Shown: piece after piece, positions 25,328-33,063 of the stretch
Position numbering within the stretch: the first letter of the stretch is position 1
Layout of the letters: the number at the start of each line of letters is the position of its first letter
Assembly (NCBI GenBank): GCA_020633975.1
Contig: JACKCR010000006.1
Coordinates: 13,100 to 77,099, forward strand
From: Candidatus Eiseniibacteriota bacterium
Lineage (GTDB): Bacteria; Eisenbacteria; RBG-16-71-46; CAIMUX01
Reading direction: 5' to 3'
Length of the DNA stretch: 64,000 bases
The notes under the pieces: model-generated
Seen by the model: the letters and a program-made list of their open reading frames with translations, nothing else
Databases searched by the model: none
What the model was told of the DNA's origin: nothing
Program-made: the position numbers and the translations under genes

Positions 25328-26353
25328 TTACGCGGCGCGGGTCTGCGCGCGACTGCGAGCCGCCCGGATGAGCGCTTCGATGTTCTCGTCCGGGACCGCC
25401 CAGGGAACCTCGGGGCCTTGGTTGCTGAGGATGAACCCGGGCCCTGCTTCGGCGAGCACGCGTCGTGCTTCGAATTCCACACGCTCCGGACCCCAGTGGA
25501 TCAGCTTGAGATTGTTCAGGTTCCCCATGAGCGCCTGATTGCCGATCGATCGCCTGGCCTCTCCGGGTGGATCCTGCGATCCGATAAGGAACACTGCGAC
25601 AGGGAGATCGGCGAGATGCTTGAGGAACGGACTCGCGTCCCCGACGAGTTCGAGAGCAACGAGTCCGTCGACACGGCGGACGAACTCCCGGATCACCGGG
25701 ACTGCGTCCTGGACGAACGTCTTCTCGCGGAGGAGGGTTGCCGACGCGACACCTTCGGCCACGACCACGACGTGGCATCCCGCGGAGAGCTGCGCCTGAG
25801 CCCAACGCACGGTGTAGTCCATCATCCGCTCCATCAGGATCGGATAGAACTGGCGCCGAGCCTCTTCGTGCTCCACCAAGAGCCCGATCGACTTCCCCAT
25901 TCCCATGAGGAGGGAGTGGAGAGAGAAGGGCCCAATCACCGCGCCGACGACCAGCTTCTCGCCGCCGTACGTCTTGGCCAGTCGTTCTGCGTTGCGGAGA
26001 GTCTTGGCGAGATACGGGTGCGCCGTCGGATCCGGTATCGGGAGGTTCGGGATCTCCTCGTAGCGCTTGATGACCATTCCGCCCACGGACGGAGCGCCGT
26101 CGGGATGGAACGTGAGGGTGGAGCCCCAGCCGAGCACGTCCTGAACGACATGAGGGATGGCGAAGACGGCGTCCGGGTCGAACCGTTCGACGACTCGGCA
26201 CTGCCCCTCGAACGCGTGCGACGGGTCGCCGAAGTACTCGGTCAGAGGCATCCCCAAGAGCCGAGCCCCTTGCTGGAGGAGTACCGGCGCCACCGGGGCG
26301 GGGTCGATCGGGCGCATGTGGACGGCTTCGAGGATCCGCTCCAGAGAGTTCAT
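25328..26353 (-). CDS. Uroporphyrinogen-decarboxylase (URO-D) family protein, MtaA/CmuA-like methyltransferase subgroup
   Basis: 341 aa, TIM-barrel-sized. The N-terminal LERILEAVHMRPIDPAPVAPVLLQQGARLLG and GPFSL ... MERMMDY pattern is typical of URO-D-like corrinoid methyltransferases. Its ATG overlaps the upstream stop (ATGA). I could not confirm the zinc ligands by eye. Confidence 0.65.
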   Translation of the reverse strand: MNSLERILEAVHMRPIDPAPVAPVLLQQGARLLGMPLTEYFGDPSHAFEGQCRVVERFDPDAVFAIPHVVQDVLGWGSTLTFHPDGAPSVGGMVIKRYEEIPNLPIPDPTAHPYLAKTLRNAERLAKTYGGEKLVVGAVIGPFSLHSLLMGMGKSIGLLVEHEEARRQFYPILMERMMDYTVRWAQAQLSAGCHVVVVAEGVASATLLREKTFVQDAVPVIREFVRRVDGLVALELVGDASPFLKHLADLPVAVFLIGSQDPPGEARRSIGNQALMGNLNNLKLIHWGPERVEFEARRVLAEAGPGFILSNQGPEVPWAVPDENIEALIRAARSRAQTRAA

Positions 26354-28041
26354 GCCGCTCTCCTTCCTGAGGCCAGCGTGGCAATTCGCCCTGAACGGGA
26401 GACGAGGTGCCTCACCAAGCGGATCGCTTCGTACGGACTCCGGCCGACGCCGTCGGCTCCGTACCGCTTTCTCATGTCCGGGTCGACGATGAACGGCGCG
26501 CCACCCGCGATTACTCCGATGTCCCGGCGGCCCATCTCGACCAGCGCCTGCTTGAGATCCGGAATCGCTTTCGCCGTGTGGAGGAGTAGAGACGACACGC
26601 CGATCACGTCCGCCTTCTCGCGAATCGCGGTCTCGACGAACGTTTCGTTCGAGACGCTGAGACCGAGGTCGATCACGCGGAAGCCAGCGGCGCGCATCGA
26701 AGTGGCGACGAGACGCCTTCCGAGGTCGTGGTAGTCCTCGTGAGCGTTCCCCAAGACGACGACCGGCGCGTGGGCATAGAACGACTCGGGTACGAGTGGT
26801 TCGATCGCCGTGACCGCGTGCTGCAGGATCCGGCCGTTCCGGTAGTAGGTCTCGAGAGGTTCGTCCCGGCGGGTCTGTCCGAGGAAGACGTCCATCGATG
26901 CCTCGGCCAGGGCCTGGAGGAGTACGGCCGGAGGATGTTCGGATGAGATCGCGTTCGCGACGGCTCGTTCGCCCAGATCGGGAAGATCGTCGCGGAGTGC
27001 GCGAACCATGTCGTCCCGGAAGCGACGAACATCCGTGGCGATCTGACCGCCACCGGAGCGACGGATGGCGTGGTCCACGGCGTCACATTCGTTCGACAGC
27101 CCGTCGACGAGGGCGGCGGCCGATTGTTCCACCCACTCGCCATGTCGTCTCAACCAGTCGAATCCGTCCTGGATCGCTACCTGCGAGTGGGCGAGTGTCT
27201 CGACGTCACGGGTGACCCCGACGAGTACCTCGGTGTCGGACGAAATCCCCTGTGCCGTTTCTTCGAGCGTTGCGACGGCCTCGCCGGCGTGGTTGAGCGA
27301 AGTGCGGTTGGTCTCGAACAGTCCCTGGAAGGAGCCGAGGCTCTCGCCGATCTGGGAAACTTCGTTGTCGATCTCGTCGCTGAGAGACTGTGTCTTTCGC
27401 GCGAGTTCGCCGACTTCCTGAGCGACGACCTTGAACCCCGCTGCTTGCTGTCCGGCTCGGTTGGCCTCGATCCGCGCGTTGAGCGAGAGGAGGTGGGACA
27501 TCTCGGCGACGTCCGCGATCTTGGTCGCCGTTTCCTGGATCGACGACACCCGTTCTTCGAGTGTCCCGAACGCAGCCTCGAGGTCTCGGATCGTGGTCTC
27601 GAGGCTGCGGATCTCCTCCAGCGCCTTTCCGATCGCCGTGACCGTTTCGTTCGCGTGGACGTCGAGACGCCCTGTCGTTCCGACGAGACTCTGCGTCACC
27701 GCTGCGAATCCACCTCCGCTCGCGGCCGAGGTCATGGAGTGGATGCGGTCGAGGAGTGCAGCGTTCGAGGTCGCGGCATCCTGAGCGAGAGAGAAGAGCT
27801 GGTGGACGCGATGGGCGCGTTCGAAGATCGGGGCGAATCGAGCCGAAGGATCTTGGGCGACGGACGGACCGGACGCGCGGGCTCGGTTCGGCGTGGCGGA
27901 GCTGTCCGCGCCGACTCGGGGCACGACGGCCACCGAGTTCGCCCGCGCCGACGGCACGGCAGATCGTGTCGCGCTCTCGGCGGAACTACACAGTTCGCTC
28001 GCGTTCCCCGCGGGTTTGTCGGGCACGAGCTTGGAGCGCAA
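26350..28041 (-). CDS. Cytoplasmic fusion of an MCP-signalling-like coiled coil with a cobalamin (B12)-binding domain
   Basis: 563 aa with no TM helix. Centre: VAEMSHLLSLNARIEANRAGQQAAGFKVVAQEVGELARKTQ, a diverged MCP hairpin-tip motif. C-terminus: VVVLGNAHEDYHDLGRRLVATSMRAAGFRVIDLGLSV ... ADVIGVSSLLL ... VIAGGAPF, a Rossmann-type B12-binding domain with DxHxxG. The TTG start is uncertain. Confidence 0.7.
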   Translation of the reverse strand: MRSKLVPDKPAGNASELCSSAESATRSAVPSARANSVAVVPRVGADSSATPNRARASGPSVAQDPSARFAPIFERAHRVHQLFSLAQDAATSNAALLDRIHSMTSAASGGGFAAVTQSLVGTTGRLDVHANETVTAIGKALEEIRSLETTIRDLEAAFGTLEERVSSIQETATKIADVAEMSHLLSLNARIEANRAGQQAAGFKVVAQEVGELARKTQSLSDEIDNEVSQIGESLGSFQGLFETNRTSLNHAGEAVATLEETAQGISSDTEVLVGVTRDVETLAHSQVAIQDGFDWLRRHGEWVEQSAAALVDGLSNECDAVDHAIRRSGGGQIATDVRRFRDDMVRALRDDLPDLGERAVANAISSEHPPAVLLQALAEASMDVFLGQTRRDEPLETYYRNGRILQHAVTAIEPLVPESFYAHAPVVVLGNAHEDYHDLGRRLVATSMRAAGFRVIDLGLSVSNETFVETAIREKADVIGVSSLLLHTAKAIPDLKQALVEMGRRDIGVIAGGAPFIVDPDMRKRYGADGVGRSPYEAIRLVRHLVSRSGRIATLASGRRAA

Positions 28042-28208
28042 GTTCGCGAAGGGCCTGCGTGATGTCCATCAGGATACGGGGCACGGCCGAGCCTCCATCC
28101 TATGGGTGCGGGTCTACCTACCCGCTTCGGAAGGTCCGGAGGTCACCTTGAGAAGATTGGCCGAAGACCCTCGTCAGGTGAGGGATTCCCCCAAGTTCCG
28201 ACTCCGAG

Positions 28209-28610
28209 CTACGCCTCCCGACTCCGGGCGTCGAGCGGGGCGTTCGAGTTCGCTCCGAGGCGCAACCCGAGCGATACACAGGGGACGATCGAAGCCAGGA
28301 ACACGATGTGGTACCAAAGGGGGTACATCCCTCGGTTCACCAGCTGGGCCACGATCCCGGTGAGGAGGAGGAGAAGGGTGACGGCACGGGGGGCCCGCCC
28401 CAGGCCGCCGCTCAGACGGCCCGCGATCCAGCCCGCGAGGATCGAGTAGACGGCGCGCAGCACGAGGAACACGGTGAGCATCGCCACCGTCAGAGGTTCA
28501 CCGTCCACACCGAACGAGTCGGGGCTCACCTGGAGTGCGCCCATGTAGATCACGGTGTCGAGGAGGCCCCAGACGATCCATGGGACGAGGATGGCGGCGA
28601 CAACACGCAT
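28209..28610 (-). CDS. Small integral membrane protein (four predicted helices)
   Basis: 133 aa and strongly hydrophobic (VAAILVPWIVWGLL, MLTVFLVLRAVYSILAGWIAG, LLLLLTGIVAQLV, YHIVFLASIVPCV). Confidence 0.55.
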   Translation of the reverse strand: MRVVAAILVPWIVWGLLDTVIYMGALQVSPDSFGVDGEPLTVAMLTVFLVLRAVYSILAGWIAGRLSGGLGRAPRAVTLLLLLTGIVAQLVNRGMYPLWYHIVFLASIVPCVSLGLRLGANSNAPLDARSREA

Positions 28611-28651
28611 GAATCAGATCCTCCTGTCGAGTGCCGTAGGAAACGGGCTCT

Positions 28652-29176
28652 TCAGTCCAGCGGCCAGTTCTCTGTCTTGCAGCGCTTCGGTGTGATGAAG
28701 GGCGCGGCGGCCTCCATCAGTCGATACCCGAGTTTCCACAGCGGGGAGATACTACCCTGTTCGACGATCCTCTTGAGGGACTGAGTGATGAACTTCGCGC
28801 CGCCCCGCATGTCCTTCTCCGTGCGGCTACCCGCAGGAGCCCCGTCGACCGTGAGGGTGAACATCACACCTCCTTCGGTGGGCTCGAGGTCGTAGGTGAC
28901 GACGCACTCGCCGTCTTCGTAGCGTGTGAAGCGGAAGGTGTGGGAGAACCGTCTAGGCTCGTCGTACTCGAGGATCGTGCCGACGACGCTCGTGTAGTTC
29001 CCGGACCGGTCCCGCATGGCCATCTTCTCTCCGGGGGCCAACCGGTTCGCGTTGAGCCACGCGTTGAAGAAGCAGCCCTGGGCCTCGTCCGTCTTCGTGA
29101 TCTCCCGCCACACCGCTTCGGGTGTCCCCGCGATGAAGATTTGGGCGACGATCCGGTCAGTTCCTGGCTGGGACAT
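28652..29176 (-). CDS. SRPBCC (AHSA1/START-like) family protein
   Basis: 174 aa. IFIAGTPEAVWREITK ... RFSHTFRF ... VTYDLEPTEGGVMFTLT is the pattern of Aha1-like SRPBCC proteins. It overlaps the upstream ArsR gene by 20 nt, a common pairing. Confidence 0.7.
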   Translation of the reverse strand: MSQPGTDRIVAQIFIAGTPEAVWREITKTDEAQGCFFNAWLNANRLAPGEKMAMRDRSGNYTSVVGTILEYDEPRRFSHTFRFTRYEDGECVVTYDLEPTEGGVMFTLTVDGAPAGSRTEKDMRGGAKFITQSLKRIVEQGSISPLWKLGYRLMEAAAPFITPKRCKTENWPLD

Positions 29177-29540
29177 CCGCGGCCTCCTCGGCGTTGTCGG
29201 CTGGGTTCGGAGCCGTCTCGATCCGACGCTTCAGCTCGAGCGCGGCCGCTCCGAAGAGCGCTCCGTACTCGTCGGTCCACCTCTGGTGGATCCGCTGGAT
29301 CGGCACGGGATTGAGATAGAGACGCCGCTCCCGCCCGTCCTTTCTCGAGACGACCAGTCCCGCCTCCGAGAGCACCGCGAGGTGCTTCTGGACGGCGATT
29401 CGCGACACCTGGAAGCGGTCAGCCACGTCGACCACACGCTGCCCTGGGTTGGCCTTCAGGATGTCCAGGATTCGCCGACGGCTCCGGTGCGCGAGCGCAT
29501 GGAACAGGAGGTCCGTGTCGTCGTCTCGAAAAGTAACCAT
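29157..29540 (-). CDS. ArsR/SmtB-family transcriptional regulator
   Basis: Internal ATG of ORF 29157..29756 at 29540. LFHALAHRSRRRILDILKANPGQRVVDVADRFQVSRIAVQKHLAVLSEAGLVVSRKDGRERRLYLN is a winged helix-turn-helix of the ArsR type. Confidence 0.85.
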   Translation of the reverse strand: MVTFRDDDTDLLFHALAHRSRRRILDILKANPGQRVVDVADRFQVSRIAVQKHLAVLSEAGLVVSRKDGRERRLYLNPVPIQRIHQRWTDEYGALFGAAALELKRRIETAPNPADNAEEAADVPARN

Positions 29541-29550
29541 ATGGTTACTT
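29531..29550. promoter_or_regulatory. Perfect 20-bp palindrome over the ArsR start codon (candidate autoregulatory operator)
   Basis: AAGTAACCAT|ATGGTTACTT at 29531-29550 is its own reverse complement. The arsR ATG is the complement of 29538-29540. Confidence 0.6.
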
Positions 29551-29774
29551 ATAGTGCATGGGGCCGCGGCGGGGCAAGAGGCTTTTCGAGACGGGCCGAC
29601 TCGGGCCGGATAGGGCGGCGGCGACGGCGCGGGCGGGGCACTATCCGCTTCTCCAAGAGTGAGATGCACTATGTCGCATCCCGGCCCCGGACCCGTTGAC
29701 TGGCAGGCCCCAGGCCGGCGATCATCATTCGCACTGTTCCACTCCGAGTTGCCCACTCCTTATAGGAGGTCTCC

Positions 29775-32393
29775 ATGCTCCGCCGGCTCCAGCTCACGGG
29801 AATCGCTGCCGTCGTCTTGCTCGCCGGAAAGGGGATCGCCGCCCCGGAGCCCGTTGCGCTCGACCCGGTCGTGGTGGATCTGCTCACCGAGGTGTCCCAG
29901 GACAGCCTGTTCAACGCGGTCCAGACGCTCTACGAGTTCCAGACGCGGAACACGGCCTCGGACACCCTGTCGACGACGACCGGTGTCGGTGCGGCTCGTC
30001 GTTGGGTGAGGGAACGGTTCGAGCAATATGGAGCGTTCGGGAACTACTTCGACTGGGACGATGACGTCTGCAACGTGTCGCAGACCTTCCGAAACGTCCT
30101 CGGCACGTTCCCCGGTAGCCAGCCGAACCGCGTCATCATGGTGGGCGGGCACCTCGACAGTCGCACCGTGGACCTCTGCAACACCACGGCGTCCCAGCCC
30201 GGGGCGAACGATGACGCCAGCGGTACCGCCTGTCTCCTGGAAGTCGCTCGTCTTCTTCCGGCTCTCGATCTCGAGACCACGGTGGTGCTGCAAGCGTTCA
30301 CCGGGGAGGAGCAGGGGCTCCTCGGGTCCACCTACTACTCCGCGTTTGCGCGGGCGAACGACCTCGACATCGAAGCGATGATCGCGAACGACATCATCGG
30401 AAACATCGATGGGTGTCCCGGCGTGCCCGACTGTGGCGGTGGGCCCACGACCGATCAGGACTCGCTCAGCATCCGCGCATTTTCCGGGGACCCGGCGACG
30501 GGCGCGTCGCGTCAGCTCGCGCGGCTCACGAAGATGATCGGCGAGGGCTATGTAGACGAAATGACGGTGCGGCTCCAGCCCGCGATCGATCGCCCCGGGC
30601 GGGGAAGCGACCACATTCCGTTCTATGAAGACGGCTTTCCTTCGATCCGTTTGATGGAGACGCTGGAGTACACGCTCCAGCAGCACAACGCGAACGACAC
30701 GATCGGCAACATGGAGTTCTCCTACTTCCGGCGGAACGTGCTCATCAACCTCGCCATCATCGCGAACCTCGCCCAAGCGCCGGAGTCACCGGGCACCCCG
30801 CAGGTATGGGACCTGGGAACCGGAGGTGGGATCCGCGTCGAGTGGCCAAGCGTCGCGGGCGATGTCGCGGGCTATCGGATCGCGTACCGCTATGTCGATC
30901 AGGGAGACACGCTCTACTGGGCCGATGTCGTCGATGCCGGAGCCGCGACGACGTTCGACGTGCTTGGTCTGGTCGACGATGTTTCGCTCGCCGTGTCCGT
31001 GTCCGCCTACGATGCGGATGGTCACGAGTCGCTCTTCACGGAGGAGCAGCTCGTCACGCCCGGCACCGTACCTCACGCGCCATCGGGGTTCAGTGCTGTC
31101 TCGCTGCCGGATTGGGTCGAGCTGACCTGGCCGCCTGCGCAGGAACTCGACCTCGACTACTTCCGGGTGTTCCGGAGCCTCAGCCCCGACGTTGGATTCG
31201 TCGCGATCGACTCGGTGGGGGCGAGTACGACCGAGTATCAGGATGCGTCTGCACTCCCGGGCATCGACTACTACTACCGGATCTCGTCCGTCGACCTCGA
31301 TGGACTCGAGAGTCCGGAAACGCAATCCGAGAAGGGCCGGCTCCAGGAACTCGCGCCGGGGCTCCTCGTCGTGGACGGCACGCGGAACGGCGCAGGCGGG
31401 ATCGGCAACCCGAACGATGCGGATGTCGACGCTTACTACGCGACCCTACTGAGCGGCGCCCCCGTGCTCGCTCATTGGGATTGGACGACGCAGTTCGACA
31501 ACTCCGGCATTCCGCTCACGGACGCGGACATGGGCCGGTACGAGACCGTGTTCTTCCATTGCGATCTCAGGAACAACGGGTCGATCGACCAGGTCACGAC
31601 CGAGCTCCGCGAGTACGTTGAGAACGGTGGACAGCTCTTCCTCTGTGGTTGGGGGCTCAAAGGGAACCTCACCGATGCCACCGGGGATCTCACAGACTTT
31701 GGTCCCGGTGACTTCTTCTATGACGTCCTCAAGGTGCAGTCCGTTCGTACCACGCCCAACAGCGAGAGCGACTTCGAAGGCGCAGACCCGCTCGACAGCT
31801 CCTATCTCGCAATCGATGTCGACACGGGGAAGTGGCCGTTCCTCGGCGGGAACCTCAACTTCATGGATGCGTTCTTGGGCGGACTCGTAGATGGAGCCGC
31901 TCCGCTGCTGGGGTATCGATCCTCGTCCGCTCCTCCAGGCCCGAATGATGGCTATCCCGTTGGCCTCAAGTGGCCGGTAGTATCGCCGCGTGTGATCGTG
32001 GTCGACGTTCCGCTCTACTTCATTCAGACCGCGGATGCGCAGTCCGTCGTCGATCAGGCCCTGCGCGAGTTTGGGTACGGAGCGTCCGCCGGGGCTCCCG
32101 TGGTTCCGGTCGAAAGCGCCCTTCTCTTCTCGGCACGGCCGAACCCGGCGCAAGGGGAGACCGAGTTCTCCTTCTACCTGCGGCAGGAGACGACCGTGTC
32201 GCTCGAACTCTTCGACGTCCAAGGGCGGGCCGTGCGAGTGTTGCAGCGTCCGGACGTTCTCGAGAGCGGACGTCATGCGATCGAGTGGAACGGCCGTGAC
32301 GATCGCGGTCGACGTCTCCCGTCCGGGATGTACTATGCGACTCTGCGCGTCGGCTCCGAGTGGCAGACGCGCGAAGTGACGTTGCTCCCGTAG
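29775..32393 (+). CDS. Secreted M28-family metallopeptidase with two Fn3-like modules, an unassigned region and a FlgD-Ig/T9SS-type C-terminal domain
   Basis: 872 aa with a signal peptide. VIMVGGHLDS ... GANDDASGTACLLEVARLL ... FTGEEQGLLGSTYY ... GSDHIPFYEDGFPS are the M28 metal-ligand motifs. The C-terminal domain is at 32136-32390. Confidence 0.85.
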   Translation: MLRRLQLTGIAAVVLLAGKGIAAPEPVALDPVVVDLLTEVSQDSLFNAVQTLYEFQTRNTASDTLSTTTGVGAARRWVRERFEQYGAFGNYFDWDDDVCNVSQTFRNVLGTFPGSQPNRVIMVGGHLDSRTVDLCNTTASQPGANDDASGTACLLEVARLLPALDLETTVVLQAFTGEEQGLLGSTYYSAFARANDLDIEAMIANDIIGNIDGCPGVPDCGGGPTTDQDSLSIRAFSGDPATGASRQLARLTKMIGEGYVDEMTVRLQPAIDRPGRGSDHIPFYEDGFPSIRLMETLEYTLQQHNANDTIGNMEFSYFRRNVLINLAIIANLAQAPESPGTPQVWDLGTGGGIRVEWPSVAGDVAGYRIAYRYVDQGDTLYWADVVDAGAATTFDVLGLVDDVSLAVSVSAYDADGHESLFTEEQLVTPGTVPHAPSGFSAVSLPDWVELTWPPAQELDLDYFRVFRSLSPDVGFVAIDSVGASTTEYQDASALPGIDYYYRISSVDLDGLESPETQSEKGRLQELAPGLLVVDGTRNGAGGIGNPNDADVDAYYATLLSGAPVLAHWDWTTQFDNSGIPLTDADMGRYETVFFHCDLRNNGSIDQVTTELREYVENGGQLFLCGWGLKGNLTDATGDLTDFGPGDFFYDVLKVQSVRTTPNSESDFEGADPLDSSYLAIDVDTGKWPFLGGNLNFMDAFLGGLVDGAAPLLGYRSSSAPPGPNDGYPVGLKWPVVSPRVIVVDVPLYFIQTADAQSVVDQALREFGYGASAGAPVVPVESALLFSARPNPAQGETEFSFYLRQETTVSLELFDVQGRAVRVLQRPDVLESGRHAIEWNGRDDRGRRLPSGMYYATLRVGSEWQTREVTLLP

Positions 32394-32430
32394 CGGTTCT
32401 CGGACTCTCGGGCCGGACGCCGGGGGCGGG

Positions 32431-32451
32431 GGCTGAGGGCTGAGGGCTGAG
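32431..32451. repeat. (GGCTGAG)3 tandem heptamer inside a G-rich low-complexity spacer
   Basis: ggctgag ggctgag ggctgag at 32431-32451, followed by degenerate cgccgg-g(a/g)ctgg units up to about 32490. Confidence 0.7.
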
Positions 32452-32491
32452 CTCCGGGGACTGAGCGCCGGGACTGGCGCCGGGGCTGGGG

Positions 32492-32513
32492 GCCCCGAGG
32501 CCGGGGCTTCTTC
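32492..32513 (+). terminator. Weak intrinsic-terminator-like hairpin after the M28 gene
   Basis: GCCCCG (32492-32497), loop AGGC, CGGGGC (32502-32507), then TTCTTC. Confidence 0.3.
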
Positions 32514-32540
32514 GCCGCGTGACCTGACGATCGAGGGACG

Positions 32541-32998
32541 ATGGACGCTGACGAACTGATCGCTGCTCTCGAGCTCGAACCACATCCGGAAGGCGGCTGG
32601 TTTCGCGAGACCTGGCGGGACCGGCCGGCCGACGGTTCACGAGGTGCAGGGACGGCGATCTACTTCCTCCTTCGCAAAGGCGAGCAGTCACGTTGGCACC
32701 GTGTGGACGCGGCGGAGATCTGGCACTTCCATGACGGGGCTCCCCTTCTGCTCGAGTACGAGCGAGTCCGAGTCCGAGTCCGAGTCCGAGTCCGAGTCCG
32801 AGTCAGCAGCCGATCACAGCTGCCGTTCTGGGGACGGGGATAGATCGGGGCGAGCGGCCGCAGATCGTCGTCCCGAAGGGCGCGTGGCAACGTGCAAGGA
32901 GTCTGGGGAGTGGACGCTGGTCGGCTGCACCGTGAGTCCAGCGTTCCAGTTCGATGGCTTCAGAACTCGCGCCTCCGGACGCGGATCTTCCCGGCTAG
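32541..32998 (+). pseudogene. DUF985 cupin gene disrupted by frame changes and a hexanucleotide expansion
   Basis: The family-like sequence is split over three frames. MDADELIAALELEPHPEGGWFRETW ... IYFLL ... WHRVDAAEIWHFHDGAPLLLEYE is in the frame starting at 32541. QQPITAAVLGTGIDRGERPQIVVPKGAWQRA follows from about 32807 in a second frame. EWTLVGCTVSPAFQFDGF follows from about 32908 in a third frame. ELAPPDADLPG-stop runs from 32963 to 32998 after a further shift. Confidence 0.6.
32763..32804 (+). repeat. (CGAGTC)7 perfect hexanucleotide microsatellite
   Basis: Seven exact CGAGTC units at 32763-32804. They read as (RV)7, (SE)n or (SP)n depending on the frame. Confidence 0.95.
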
Positions 32999-33063
32999 GG
33001 AACCCTCTAGCTGCCCTACCGAAGCGCTCGAGTGGCCGGTCTGCTTGATCGAGAACGTGTCGA

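Noticed and set aside
24683-25538. Plus-strand ORFs 24683..25222 and 24699..25538 downstream of the Cys-rich gene.
   Set aside because: They lie opposite the LMW-PTP gene, whose CTGNYYRSR P-loop fixes the coding strand. Their translations are Arg/Ser-rich with no motifs.
28042-28208. Possible cobalamin riboswitch upstream of the B12-binding fusion gene.
   Set aside because: I read the minus strand by eye and found no B12 box (AGYCMGGAGACCKGCC-like) and no conserved GGGAA/GGUG core arrangement. An Infernal scan would be decisive.
32763-32804. Whether the tandem repeats at 32763-32804, 32431-32451 and 50748-50831 could be CRISPR arrays.
   Set aside because: The units are 6-12 nt long and directly contiguous with no spacers. 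There are no cas genes in the window.
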